A stretch of 64,000 nucleotides of DNA from a virus (Duplodnaviria > Heunggongvirae > Uroviricota > Caudoviricetes). Each line of letters begins with the position of its first letter. The stretch's first letter is position 1. Positions 27,673-39,973 of the stretch are shown here, in pieces. The notes beneath the pieces are model-generated. The model was given only the letters and a program-made list of their open reading frames with translations, had not been told where the DNA came from and did no database searches. A program made the position numbers and the translations under genes. The stretch is from IMG/VR virus record IMGVR_UViG_3300012346_000380, positions 192,445-256,444 of that record. One strand, 5' to 3'.

Positions 27673-27945
27673 TTATTTTTTATGCCACAAAACTTCTGTA
27701 ACTGGTTTCTTTCTAGCGCTTCTAAAAGTGCCATAATTATCTTGAATCATAATCTGTAACTTTGCATATAATTCATCAAACGCTTCCTGTTTTTCTTTAA
27801 AGGAATATTCTGTAAAGAAACAGTTTTCTGTATCTATTAAAGCTGTTGCTGATCCTTTAAAGAACTGCTGATAAATATACAATCCTTCTGGATAATGTAC
27901 AATTGAAAATCTTTTTCTGATCTTTTTTAACAATTTTGCTTTCAT
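27673..27945 (-). CDS. Hypothetical protein
   Basis: ORF track. Confidence 0.55.
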   Translation of the reverse strand: MKAKLLKKIRKRFSIVHYPEGLYIYQQFFKGSATALIDTENCFFTEYSFKEKQEAFDELYAKLQIMIQDNYGTFRSARKKPVTEVLWHKK

Positions 27946-28052
27946 GTCTTATTTTTAAATTATTTTATTTACGATTTTTAAAGAAATCTAAAATCCTATC
28001 GCTAAATGAAAGTACAAAAGCGATAACTATTACGGCTGCTATTAAACTCATT

Positions 28053-28226
28053 TTATTTGTTTTTAAGTTGTTCTAATTTTTCTTCAATTAAATTTTTTTG
28101 ATAAATTAAATGAAGTCTGTTAGCTTCTTCTTTTATGAAATTATTTGCTATATCTTATAATTCTTTTGTATCTTCATTCCATCCAATACTTACAATGCAT
28201 AATGCTTGTTCTAATGTTATTGTCAT
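28053..28226 (-). pseudogene. Small ORF interrupted by in-frame TAA
   Basis: MTITLEQ...TKEL*DIANN...EQLKNK*; stop at 28155-28157. Confidence 0.5.
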
Positions 28227-28253
28227 ATCTTATTTGTTTTTAAATTATTTTTA

Positions 28254-28604
28254 TTAATTTGAATAATCAATACAGACTATTGTATCGTTATAAATACCAA
28301 AATTTTCTTTTTTAGTTTCCCCATTTCTAACATCAGAGAAGTGATCTAATTCTTCGTCTGTAAGTTCTCTTCTAATGGGTTTGCAATATTTCTGTATTTG
28401 AATTAATCCAAAAATGCTACAATATAATGAAGGCGCTATTTTATTTTTTTGTTCTTCGATACATTTAAATGTTTTATAATAGTTGCGCTCATACCAATTT
28501 GCATAACATCCATTTAAAAAATTAAAATGACTATAAGAATGATTGGGTATTTTAATGACATAGTTTCCTATTTTAAAAACTATTCTTGTCACACCGCGTT
28601 TCAT
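28254..28604 (-). CDS. Hypothetical protein (possible minimal kinase-like fold)
   Basis: GVTRIVFKIGNYVIKIP...ENFG...CIDY. Confidence 0.5.
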   Translation of the reverse strand: MKRGVTRIVFKIGNYVIKIPNHSYSHFNFLNGCYANWYERNYYKTFKCIEEQKNKIAPSLYCSIFGLIQIQKYCKPIRRELTDEELDHFSDVRNGETKKENFGIYNDTIVCIDYSN

Positions 28605-28607
28605 ATC

Positions 28608-28817
28608 TTATTTGTTTATAAATGTTTCGTTGTAGTATTCTTCTGCTGTTCTGCAATTAATTTTTGCATCAACTTCAAATTGGTATGTACTTCTTCTATA
28701 GGCATCAATAATCTGTTGCTTTTCCATTTCTTTGGCTTCTTTAGTTATACCTTTTTTTATTAATTCTAAAGAAACATCAAAAGGTATTTTTGTTAATAAC
28801 CATTCTACTGCTGTCAT
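28608..28817 (-). CDS. Small phage protein
   Basis: TAVEWL...AKEMEKQQIIDAY...AEEYYNETF. Confidence 0.6.
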   Translation of the reverse strand: MTAVEWLLTKIPFDVSLELIKKGITKEAKEMEKQQIIDAYRRSTYQFEVDAKINCRTAEEYYNETFINK

Positions 28818-29033
28818 ATCTTATTTGTTTTTAAATTGACCAAAAAACATACCTATAATCACACAAAATATCAATATTATAATAAGTTCGTAATTATGCA
28901 AAACTTGTGTTTTTATTAAATATTCTTCCATATCTTATTTGTTTTTAAAAATTCTATCAATTAAAAATTCTAATATTGGCATTATGAAAAACAATATTAT
29001 CAATGCTATTCCACCTCCTAAACCTCCCATATC

Positions 29034-29972
29034 TTATTTTTTAAATTGTTCTTTAACTAAAAATTCGTAATGTAAAGGGAGATGCATACTAAGACTATGA
29101 AACATATCCATAATTTCTTCCTCACTATATCTTTCCTCTTGTTTTTCAAAACCATACTTCTCAAGTAATCTTATAGCTTGCGATTCATTATTACATTCAA
29201 GACACATTTTAATGTGCTGTAGTAATCCGTATTCGAGTGTTTCTTCATTTACAAGAATTTGACCCACTTCTAAAATATCGGTTTGTTCTTCCGCACTATA
29301 CTTATTCTTGTCTTGTTCTTGTTGCCATTTAGCACCTGCTATAAAACCTTCATTGAAAATTGGAGCTTTAGTTTCTTTTGCATAGACATTATATCCATTT
29401 GCCTTATTAGCAGCTTCTTCAAGTGTTTCTTGTTTAGGTTTTTCTTTTAGACAAATACATTTTTTTGATAATGATTTACTACAAGATTCTATTTGCTTAC
29501 ATTGTGGATTATTTAGTAGCCAATCTTCTTTTGGAATGATGATTTCATAAGAATAACTATCATCACTCCACCATACTTTAAACGTTTCAATCTCCTCACA
29601 ACTCGGATTTTTCACAAACCATTCAAGAAACTCGTCATCAATAGCCTGTACACCATCTTTGATTAAGTCTTTATCTGTTGTTAGGATGATTTTTTTGCAA
29701 GAGTCTAAAACATAGGTGAAATTAACACATCTTGCAAGTCCTTGATTTCGTTCTATTTCGATTACCTCTAAAATATCATTTTCATCATCGATAACCCAAT
29801 CTCCCTCTTTAATTTCTTCATTAGAAGTGATGCAGATGTGTTGGTTTTGTGTTCCACTTCCAAAATTTTCTGTAAACTCTGGATTGTTAGAAGTAATACC
29901 TAATTTGTTATTTGATTTAATTAAGTAAATTCTACTCGGTTTCTCTGTTGGTAATACATGTATATTTTTCAT
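29034..29972 (-). CDS. Mosaic hypothetical early protein
   Basis: After class 1 promoter; CKKIILTTD, QETLEEAA, GAKWQQE segments. Confidence 0.65.
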   Translation of the reverse strand: MKNIHVLPTEKPSRIYLIKSNNKLGITSNNPEFTENFGSGTQNQHICITSNEEIKEGDWVIDDENDILEVIEIERNQGLARCVNFTYVLDSCKKIILTTDKDLIKDGVQAIDDEFLEWFVKNPSCEEIETFKVWWSDDSYSYEIIIPKEDWLLNNPQCKQIESCSKSLSKKCICLKEKPKQETLEEAANKANGYNVYAKETKAPIFNEGFIAGAKWQQEQDKNKYSAEEQTDILEVGQILVNEETLEYGLLQHIKMCLECNNESQAIRLLEKYGFEKQEERYSEEEIMDMFHSLSMHLPLHYEFLVKEQFKK

Positions 29973-30049
29973 AATTTCTTTGTTTTAATTAGATATGTAA
30001 ATATAAACAAAAAACTCCAGACTAAAAAATCTGGAGTGTTAAAATTATG

Positions 30050-32031
30050 TTAAATTTTACCTAGTTCTAACTGAAACAAATCCTTGTCCCTTTTCCAAAT
30101 CTTTTCAAGTCTTTTCATCTCTTTAATAAAAGTTGGATGATTCTCTGGATTCATTTTACCATATTTAGATTCTAATGTATCAAAGGCAGTAGTTCTCATC
30201 GTGGTCCATTCCTTCATGCAACCTGAACATATTCTTCTGTTATCGAAGATATTCTTTTCTTTACATCTAATACAGGTTCTCATTCCTCTTCTGGCATTAA
30301 TTCACTTAGACCAGTCAATGAACCACAGTTTTTACAAGAGATATAAACCTCATTGTAAGTTTCTTCTGTGTCATCGTCAATTTCTTCTGAAATATGATAT
30401 TCAAACATTTTATTTGAACCACATATACCACAAATTACGTGGATTCTAGGATTCGCTATTGCCATCTGGTAAACCTTCTATAATTGTAAACATAATCGGA
30501 AACGAATAAATTAATCGATTTGTTTCACCATGTTCTCCTGCCCAAAAACAATATGCGTTGTGACTAATTGTCATTTCTCTACATTCAATGGTGTGTTCGT
30601 GCACATGACCATTAACATTACATCTTACTTTGTATCTTCTCATATCTCTATTTTAAAATGGTTTCTAATGTTGCTTTATATGCTGATGTCTTATAAGGAT
30701 CGTTGTTATTTTCTTTAATAATTCCAACGAATAATTCTCTGGCCTTTTCAATGCCATAATATTTTAAAACTAGAGAGCCTGCTGCAGGAACTGTGATCGG
30801 CATTTTTTCACTGTGCTTCTCGCAAATTTCATCAACTATCCCCTTTAATTGTTCTTTATAAGTTGGCTTTAATTCATCTAACGCCTCTTCTAACATCTCA
30901 GAGAAACATGTACCTCCATTATAGAATTGTCCAATGAATGAAATACTTCCATCCTCGCTTCTACTAAGCTTCATGAAATAATCTTCATCATTTGACTCTT
31001 CATGATCGATTACTCTATAAAGTTTCTCTCCGTGAATAAAATACTCTTCAGGTACTCTTTCACGTTTATATTCATATTCATTAAAGTTTTCTCTAAAGTC
31101 TTCTTGCCAATCCTCGCCTAATTCAATATTATGACGTGTTGCAATTGCTCTGCAAGTTTCCTCTAGAGTTCCAGTTAAACGTACTGGATATAATCTACCT
31201 GTGTGAAATTCTGTTTGACTCATCGTTATACTACTCTAAATTCTGTGTTACTAATTCTTTCGGTGCTTCCGTCATGTTCGATTGCAAGCCTTCTATTTAA
31301 CATGTCGATAAAATGACGTTGTGCTTTATTATCTGGCCTAGTATCTGGGTCAATAAATTTTAAAAACACATCGACTTGTTCTGGTCTAAAACCTCTCATG
31401 AAATTTGGATTGTATATTTCAGAGTTTGTTAATATTCTAATCGAACCGTGAGCAAATAAATATTGAACTGCCTCATCTACTAATCTTGTAGTTTTACCAG
31501 TTTGTCTCATTACGTGTGTATTTTTTTATTAACTAAACTACATAAAAATTCTGTGACTAATTCTGCATCTGGATTTCTCCAAGCATGATTCAAATAAACA
31601 TCAGCATCTTTGTGATAATGATAGTCATTTGCATCTAAATGTACTTGAGCAGCTTTCGCAGTCAAAAATGAATTAGTATAAACTGGTTCCATCGAATATG
31701 AACATTCTTGTAAATCTTCACAATTTTCTTCAATCCAATCTTGCATATCGTAACCATCTTCCCATAGTTCTTCTATATTTTCTGGCGGAAGTATGTCACA
31801 ATTTTCTAAATAATCTTTTAGATCTGCTAAAGTTTCTATAACACAAAAATCTGCGTCAGGATCAATCCAACATTTAGTGTTTCCATTTAAATTCCAATCA
31901 TAAACTCGTTTCCAATCTCTAATTTGAAAAAGATGTGGCATCCTTGTGCCTCTAGGATCTTGAGTCGTCATCTCAATAGCAAGTTCTATTAACTTAGCAT
32001 ACATGTCATCGCTGATTTCTATCGATTTCAT
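30050..32031 (-). other. Run of six hypothetical ORFs (30050-30283, 30280-30465, 30446-30643, 30648-31223, 31226-31510, 31510-32031)
   Basis: Abutting - strand ORFs; two with CxxC pairs; 31226-31510 starts RQTGKTT. Confidence 0.6.
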
Positions 32032-32187
32032 TCTTCGTCTTGATTAAATTTTGTTATACGTAATAAAATAAAGAATGGGATTACAATTGCATAAAACTGC
32101 CATGTCATAAATGATATTTTACCAAAACATGCAAGTGAAAATCCTAACCATAAAGGTCCTATGTGTCTGTATACGTTATTCATTTTC

Positions 32188-32706
32188 TTAAGGTTTATAA
32201 ATTACTACTGACACTTTCATGTCCTTTAACTCTGTTTGAATAATTTTTTTGATTCTATTCCAATCTCCACCAGCCAATCCAGCGCCAATCTTTGGTAAGC
32301 CAATATGTTTACCTTTAAATGTATGATTGATCTTGCGCATACATAAAGTTAATGCCTCATAATCCAACGGCTTTGAAACTCCATCTGTATGATTCTTACC
32401 ATATTTAAATTGCGTGTATGAATTCACAACACTTAACGTTGGTTCGTTTTGATTATTTTTAAAACCAGCCAAAGACCAAACTGCATTTTCACCAAGTACG
32501 AAGGTTTCATAATCAATATTACCAAGTTTTAAAATACTTGGACCTTCTGCTTCCATTTGAAATTTATCAACATCAAAAGCTTTTGCCATTTGAGGTGCAA
32601 TGCCAGCACCCATGTTTGAAAGGCAATTACAACCATGCGTAATCACATCAAACTTTCCATGTTTTGCTAGCGCAATTAAGTCACCTTCTATTTCTTGATA
32701 GTTCAT
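32188..32706 (-). CDS. Macro domain protein (ADP-ribose binding/hydrolase)
   Basis: EGDL, HGCNC, MGAGIA, PKIGAGLAGGDW. Confidence 0.9.
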   Translation of the reverse strand: MNYQEIEGDLIALAKHGKFDVITHGCNCLSNMGAGIAPQMAKAFDVDKFQMEAEGPSILKLGNIDYETFVLGENAVWSLAGFKNNQNEPTLSVVNSYTQFKYGKNHTDGVSKPLDYEALTLCMRKINHTFKGKHIGLPKIGAGLAGGDWNRIKKIIQTELKDMKVSVVIYKP

Positions 32707-32707
32707 C

Positions 32708-33208
32708 TTATGCTAATCTAAATTGTTTTAAAAAATCTCTTAAGAAGATGATTTGATCTGCTTCCTTTTCAGTTTCTGCAAATTTTCTTTTCCATTCAGT
32801 ATAGTATTGAAACTCATCGTGAATATCTGGATAATTACGTGAATCAAAATCTGGCCAAGTAACTTTATCAAAAACTCTATCATCAACTAAGAAAACTACA
32901 GCAGTTAATTGGTCACCTAAATCTGGCTCAAAAAAAGTTGCAACTTGTGTATTATTTAACACAAGCGTCAATAAATGATTGTTTAATGAACCTAACGGTA
33001 ATCCATCTTCAAGATTAAATCTTGTGTTAGTTGTACCGCCATTTAAAATGATAAAAGTTTTGTCTTCTTTAGCCCATTTTTGGTATTCTGGCGTAGCATT
33101 AAATTCTAATCCATACTCAACTACAGCATGGCCAAATTGGATGCCTTGCTGAATTGGACTTAAGTTGTATGGCACTAAGCCATACATTCTATAAGTTCTA
33201 TTGCTCAT
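32708..33208 (-). CDS. Peptidyl-tRNA hydrolase Pth2-like
   Basis: LSPIQQGIQFGHA, FFEPDLGDQLTAV. Confidence 0.7.
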   Translation of the reverse strand: MSNRTYRMYGLVPYNLSPIQQGIQFGHAVVEYGLEFNATPEYQKWAKEDKTFIILNGGTTNTRFNLEDGLPLGSLNNHLLTLVLNNTQVATFFEPDLGDQLTAVVFLVDDRVFDKVTWPDFDSRNYPDIHDEFQYYTEWKRKFAETEKEADQIIFLRDFLKQFRLA

Positions 33209-33345
33209 CAGATTCTACAGATTCGTTTTCTTCTTCGACACGTACTTCAACTGATTGTAACTCATATCTTGAGCCTAAGATTGGATCTTGTACCAAGACC
33301 ACTCTGTCTACTATTTCTGTTTTTGGTTTTTGTTCTTTTGCCATT

Positions 33346-33558
33346 TTATATTAGTTTTAAAAATTTTAATTCTTCGACAGCTGCGTCAAATGCATCTTGC
33401 CATGTTCGGTATAAATACCATTCTCTAACTTCAATTAGTTCATAGTTTCCAAAGTGCTCGTATTTGTATATGTCAAATGCATATTTTGGAGCGCTTGTTT
33501 GATCTAAGCTAATTTCTACAACATATCCTAATGTTGCTAATGAATCTATCGTGTACAT
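33346..33558 (-). CDS. Hypothetical protein
   Basis: ORF track. Confidence 0.5.
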   Translation of the reverse strand: MYTIDSLATLGYVVEISLDQTSAPKYAFDIYKYEHFGNYELIEVREWYLYRTWQDAFDAAVEELKFLKLI

Positions 33559-34439
33559 TAGAATATGTTAAATGCAGTTGTGTTTGTTTTTTCTTCATAT
33601 TCATTATCAGCAATATCTCTATAACTATTTGTTGTATAAACTCTTTCAAAGTTACGTGATAATTCTGCAAAACCAGCACTGAATATTCCGTGAGTTACTA
33701 CTAAATAAATTTTAGCGTCTGCTCTTTGTGCTCTAATTGCCTTTGCAAGTTCATTGAATGTTCTACCACCATCACAAATATCATCAATGATTACATATTT
33801 TAAATCATCTCCAACCAATCCAGGTAAGTCTGGAATCTCAGTTTTAAGAATTTTACCAGTTTTAATATCTCTCACTTTAGATGCTGTAACAATATTATCA
33901 ATGTTAAATTCTTTTGCAACATCAAAAATCTTTTTATAAGCACCAGCGTCTGGGCTTACTAAACAGATTCTACTTCGTGCTCCATCTTTATTATCAATTT
34001 TTGTTAAGGCATCTTTAACTAAGCGATGATTATTGTGTTTGTGATAGTTATTCAAACAAGCTTCTAAAACATCTGAATGTGGATCCAAAACAGTAACTCT
34101 TGAAAAGTTTTGTGCATTGATAATTGGGCAAATAACTGTTTTAAGATAGTTACTAGTACCTGCTTCAAATTTACGATCAGAACGAGCTCCTAAGAAATAA
34201 GGAACATTTAGCTTAACATTTTCAACATAAGAGAATTCTCTTAGAGCTTGATTAGCCGAGATAATAACTTCTAAATCCCTGAATGAATTTAATCGACTTG
34301 TAATACTTACCGTGATTTTGTTAGGTAAATCTGCATCAACCATATCTAATGTGATTGATTGCTGTCCATCTGGAAATCGAGAGATTTTGTATTTAATATC
34401 TGAATTTTCAGGGTTTACTAAGTTTAATCTTTGTATCAT
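33558..34439 (-). CDS. prs: Ribose-phosphate pyrophosphokinase-like (PRS/Adps)
   Basis: FPDGQ, PYFLGARSDR, DPHS, SPDAGA, IIDDICDGGRTF, VTHGIFS. Confidence 0.9.
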   Translation of the reverse strand: MIQRLNLVNPENSDIKYKISRFPDGQQSITLDMVDADLPNKITVSITSRLNSFRDLEVIISANQALREFSYVENVKLNVPYFLGARSDRKFEAGTSNYLKTVICPIINAQNFSRVTVLDPHSDVLEACLNNYHKHNNHRLVKDALTKIDNKDGARSRICLVSPDAGAYKKIFDVAKEFNIDNIVTASKVRDIKTGKILKTEIPDLPGLVGDDLKYVIIDDICDGGRTFNELAKAIRAQRADAKIYLVVTHGIFSAGFAELSRNFERVYTTNSYRDIADNEYEEKTNTTAFNIF

Positions 34440-34508
34440 GATTTGTTGTTTTTAATTATATGTAAATATACACAAAAGTTTTAATATGGTAAAACTTTTA
34501 ACGCTTTA

Positions 34509-35735
34509 TTATTCAAACTTATTAACAATTATTCTAGCAGCTACTCTAGTTCCCATTGCAGTTTCTTCAATTGACCATTCAAATAGATCACTTTTCATAA
34601 TCTCATCGCAGATTTCTCGTTTAAGTCCTTGTTTAACCATATCTAATGCAAAGTTTGAATTTAAACCTGCATTGCCACTAGTACCAAAGTTTCTAGGAAC
34701 GCCATCTATAGCATAAAGTCTTTCGATTTCACCCATCATTTTTTCAGATCTAATAATAACTGGTTGGCCTTGTTTTGTAACGTACACTGCATTATTGCCA
34801 GTAAAATTAGTACCTCTTGTTTTAAAGAGATCAATCACAGATTGAATTGGTCCAAATAAAAATGGTAACAAATCAATTTTTTGGTTTAATATGTCTTTGA
34901 TTTTCATAATTAACTTCTATATCTTAATTCATTTTGACGATAAACGCTTAACACTGATCCTTGGCCATGTGTGATTGCAAACTGATACCCATAGTAATCA
35001 TAAATGTAAGATGGAAAGTTTTCAGTTAAACCATCAATTGGATCAATTTCTAAACCTTCAAGACTTGCCAATTCCCACATTAAATTCATGATATGTAAAG
35101 ATCTGTCAGTATATGTTGAATAATGACGCTCATCATACTTTTCTTGCTTCTTCAAGATTGTCAACATCAAATCATCAAATGTTGCATCATCACAAACACC
35201 CCATTTTTGTTTGATTTTTTGAGCTCTTTCTCTTTGAATTCTATCTTTTTCTGCAAGTTTTTCTAAATAATCTTCCATTGCCTTTTGGCCTTCAGGACTT
35301 TTCATATATGCTAGTGCGTCTTTCATAATTTTATTTGTTAATGATTACGTGAAACTTTTTGTCTGAACTTGCAATTAACTCATCTACATAAGCTTGTGCC
35401 TCTTCGTTTGATTCAAAATTAGTTCCTATAGAATGTTTATAACTCAAATAAATTGAAACATTGGCTTTATTATGAATACGAAAGGGAGTTACTTTAAACC
35501 ATTTGTAATCTTCAAAATATGATGACTGTCTTCGGTCCCATGGATATCGATCAGTACCATCTTCTTTGATATATTCATTCCAACCTGCCGGAATTTCAGG
35601 ATGCATGCCATATTTAAATCCTAAGAATGTTTTAGGACGTGCTGGAATTGCATCCATCCATCGCCATGATGTTTCGGTTTCGTAATTTAAAGTAATTGAT
35701 TCTACTTTGTCTAATTCAAAATAATGTTTTTTCAT
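34509..35735 (-). other. Three hypothetical ORFs (34509-34907, 34910-35326, 35331-35735)
   Basis: Abutting ORFs. Confidence 0.6.
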
Positions 35736-35736
35736 T

Positions 35737-36306
35737 TTATTTTTCTTTTCTAGGTTCTATAAATAATTCCTGTAAGTCGCAGAACATTGGATATAATTGA
35801 TCCGTAACATCACCAAACCATCCAAGTTCTTGAATAAAGTTTGAGTTTTCTTTCTTATACATTTCAAACATTCTGCTTCCAGTCATTTTTGAATATTGTA
35901 CGTTTGCGATACGATCGCATATTTTTACAAAAGTTGCTCCTGGAGTCTCTCGAATTCCTTTGTAATAAGTTGCGTTTGCTCGTTCTTTACGGTTTTTACC
36001 TTTTTCATTTGAAACTGCATAAACGATTTCAGCCGCGTAGAGTCCTAAAACCCCTCTAACATCATTGTATGAAGTTCTAGTGTCTTCGATTAAATCATGT
36101 CCCCATGCACCTAAGATAACTCCATCTCTAAAAGATTCTTCTCCATTATTAGAATCTGGAAGTAAGTATAAATATTTGGCAGCAGTTGCAACTACCATTC
36201 TTAAATGAAATTCGTATGGAAGATAAGTATCATACATGTGATTTGTATCAGCATGTCGCTTCATAATCCATTTTAATTTATTAGCATTTGAGATTGTTTT
36301 TTCCAT
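35737..36306 (-). CDS. HD-domain (p)ppGpp hydrolase-like (SpoT/Mesh1 small alarmone hydrolase)
   Basis: PYEFHL, HDLIEDT, VKICDRIAN. Confidence 0.85.
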   Translation of the reverse strand: MEKTISNANKLKWIMKRHADTNHMYDTYLPYEFHLRMVVATAAKYLYLLPDSNNGEESFRDGVILGAWGHDLIEDTRTSYNDVRGVLGLYAAEIVYAVSNEKGKNRKERANATYYKGIRETPGATFVKICDRIANVQYSKMTGSRMFEMYKKENSNFIQELGWFGDVTDQLYPMFCDLQELFIEPRKEK

Positions 36307-36307
36307 C

Positions 36308-39300
36308 TTAGTAAGTATTAGTGATTTGTCTTGTTAATATTGCTGAGTCTCCTTCTTGAGAAGGAATCCCTAATGAAACTGATCTACCATAAGCATTTAC
36401 TTTAATGATGGTTTCTCCATATTCATCAACTTCTGCTGAAAAATGTACAAAACCAGCACCTGTTGCTTTTTGATTAAAGCCAACCATATCTTTATGTTGG
36501 ATTGCTGCTGAGAAGATGATTCCACAACCATCGATGATTACGTATTTTGCTGCTGATAACATATTATTTTTGTTTTACAATTTCTATTAGTTTTTTAAGA
36601 CATTCAATTTCTGCTTCTTCGTAAGTTTTAAATCCATCATCAGAAAAGAAATGACTACCATATTTAAACCTACCTATTTTCCAACAAAAATCTCCGAAGT
36701 CACCTCTCCATAATATTTCGGCTTGATATTTCTTCTCTCTAAAAAATCTAAATGCTTGTGAGAATGTCGGCGCTATACAAGCTGAAGAACTTTTAGGATA
36801 TTGACCTTCTCCTGATCCAGAGAAAGTACCTTCTCCTGAGAGATCAGGTGTTAATATCCATTTATTGTTTTGTATCGTACTATACGTTGCAAATGTTCTT
36901 CTATTAAATCCTAATTCTTTTAGGGCTAATGCTTGTTCGTAAGGTATAAATTCTTTATCCATCTTACTTAACTTCTATAATGTTAGGATATTCACTCGCC
37001 CAACCGATACGATAACCCGAAGTCTTAATTGTATATGTAGAACCTTCTTTAAGTTTTCCATACACATCACTAGAATAATAGTTACCTCGTAACATATCGT
37101 CTTCTAATTTGAAAGTACCTTTGTCTGTATAAACAACATAGAATGATGTAACTCTATTTCCAGTTTGTTCTGTGATTCTTTCTTTACCTTCTACTTTTAC
37201 AGCATGAGTTTCGATGTGATTGTACGCTTTAACATTGAAATAAATTGCTGCAATAACTAAAGCTGCAAATAATGCGATAATTAATTTAATTGGTGTGTTC
37301 ATAAGTTCTTTGTTTTAATTAGATATGTAAATATACACAATACTTTTGATATAAAAAAATATTTTAGTAATTATTTTTAAATTAAATCTTCTTTGTCTAT
37401 GTAAGTTTCTGTTGCAAATCCAGAATAATCACTAAATTTGTATTTTGAAACTCTAATTTTATCAAGTTTGAAACCTAGAATAGTTCCATAATAAGTTTGC
37501 AAACTAGCTTTACTCGTTTTGTATTTAACTTTATCTCCTACTTTCATATCTTTAATAATCACAATTACAATTTTCAGGTATCATATCAACATCGTCTAAA
37601 GCATCTACTATTTTCTTAAAGGCTTCATTCATTTCTTTTGTTTGTCTTGCAAAATCTTTAGCGGTGTTTATTACGCTTTCTTGATATGCATATTCCATCA
37701 ACACATTTACATACCTTTCAGTAAATCCAAAAGTGTCTTTAGCATCTCGAATGGTATGTAATTCGCTCGCATCTTCTTTATTGATTTTACCTGATTTAAT
37801 ATCATCTTCTACTTTTTGCATTACTGCCATTTTCAGGGTGTTAAACTTTGAAAAGTATTTTAAATCTTTAGGCACATCAGCTAATGTTTTTGCTTTTGCT
37901 GTATAGGCTGCTTTTCTTTCTTCCCAATTCATAATCTTATTTCTTTTTAATTGTGATTGTAATACCTCCATTGAATAAAATTGCAAATGCTAAAATACAC
38001 AATGCTAATCCTGCAAATACACCAAATACTTCCATAATTCTTATTTTAAATATTTTCTAATAAATTTTGTTTCTCTTTTGTTTAAAATCAATACGTATTG
38101 AGATCCGCTTTTGGTTTGATAAACTTGGTATCTTTGACCATTTTCAAAATGCCATTCATTTGTATAGCTGTAGTCCTTGATGCTTTCTTCTGCAGATTTA
38201 CATGAGAATGAAATAACCGCTAATAATATTAATAAAGCTTTCATAATTATGCTTGTTCTTTATAATTGTTAATCAAGCCTCCAATTCTATTTGAAATTGC
38301 TCTCTGTGAATTGTATTCTTTTTGCTTAACATCTAAACTAGAAATTGAGTTCTGTAAAGATCTTAATTCAGTTAAAAGATACCCAACAGTTGATGTATCT
38401 ACAATCTTTTGAGATTGTTTAGCTAAATGAAAGCTTACAGCATCTTCTAATTTTTTACGATTCACATCCATTCTAGCAATACAACCTTCATAAGTATCAA
38501 TAATGATTAAGTTAGCAGTTTTTTCAAACTCTTCCATGCCTGCTACAAATTTATCATCGATTTTAACAAATCTTAAACCTGAATGTGTTGGTACGTCAAT
38601 TCTACTTTTATCGATTCCAAATGCATCACAAACTGTAAAGAATAATTCAATGTTACTTGGTACATACTTACATTTTGTTTCAAACACATTCTCTGCATTA
38701 ATTGAATGTAAAGGAATGATACATTTATAGGCGCTCACTGGATAGTTAATAAACTCGATTTCTAAGTTATGAACTTCTTCAACAGTCTCATAAACCGGTT
38801 TGTGTGTTCTTGCAAATCTTATAGCAAAAACCTCATCTTCTAAAGTATTGTAAATATAATCTTCAGTATCGTCGTCGTATTCTCTAGTTGAATCAATTAC
38901 AGCTTGAACCTCTTTGAATTTTTCAACTGAAATAGTGATTCCAAATTCAGTGTTATCGTAACCGATTAATTTACGGCCAGATGTTTTACATGTGATTGAT
39001 TCTGGTTTTTCAGAAGTTACTACAAGTTCACCACTTCTAAAGCCTCGTAATGGATCGCTTGTGGATTTACCATTTACTTCCATTGTCGTGTTAAACCCGT
39101 TTTTAAATGTATAAAAACCTGTTTGAGAATCATAACCTACTTTAATTGAATTTTCCATGTTGTTTATCTTTTAATTACTCTGTAAATATACGAAAAAAAG
39201 CCCAAACTAAAAAATTTGGGCTTAATTATTTTTCAAAAGTTACGAACAATTTTAATGATGCTAATCCCACCAACCTCGCATATCACTTCCATCAAACCAC

Positions 39301-39911
39301 TTATCGTAAATGCTAGGATCGTTTTTCTCTTCTTCGGTTAAACTGTTGCGATATTCTTTGTAACTTTTACCTTTAAAGATTTCCCATAGCTCATTCCACT
39401 CTTGCTCTTCAAGCTCGTGCGTGCGATCATATACTTTACGGTTGTGTTCTTTCTCTTCAGGAGATTCTTTGTCAATTAGTTGATACATCTTTTCACCTTT
39501 TTCACCAAAAGGATTATCTGTAGTATCACCAGTTTCTTCAAATTCCCACGGGTGATGGATAATCTCACCTAATTCAGCTTCGGCCATTTCAATATAATTA
39601 TCTTCTCCGATGTTTTTAAGAATCTGAATAGCTCTTTGCATTTTTTCAATCTTTTTACCTCGAGATTCAAAAACTTCCATGCCATCGTGCATTTTGCTTT
39701 CCATTATTTCTAATGAAGTTTGCAAAGCTTCTAATGTATATCTGTAATCCCACCATCTATGGTTCCATAAAACTTTACGAAATCTATAAATGTTTTTAAA
39801 GAATACTGGTATTTTATAACGAATTGTTTCATACGTTTTGTACCACCATGATTCATGCATGATCAATGTTTTAATTGAATCACCGAAACTATCTGCAAAT
39901 TTTACTTCCAT
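36308..39911 (-). other. Run of hypothetical ORFs (36308-36562, 36564-36962, 36964-37302 membrane-anchored, 37377-37549, 37552-37931, 38041-38244 lipoprotein, 38247-39158, 39261-39911)
   Basis: ORF track; class 1 promoters at about 37308 and 39165; lipobox SFSC in 38041-38244. Confidence 0.6.
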
Positions 39912-39973
39912 AATATTACGTTTAAGAATTATATCTGATAAATAATAAAAGTTTCTAAAAAATAATTATAAGC

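Larger units (their letters stand above)
27943..29050 (-). repeat. Repeated gene-junction motif ATTTAAAAACAAATAAGATATG (about 7 copies)
   Basis: Copies near 27943, 28051, 28224, 28602, 28815, 28929, 29028. Confidence 0.7.
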
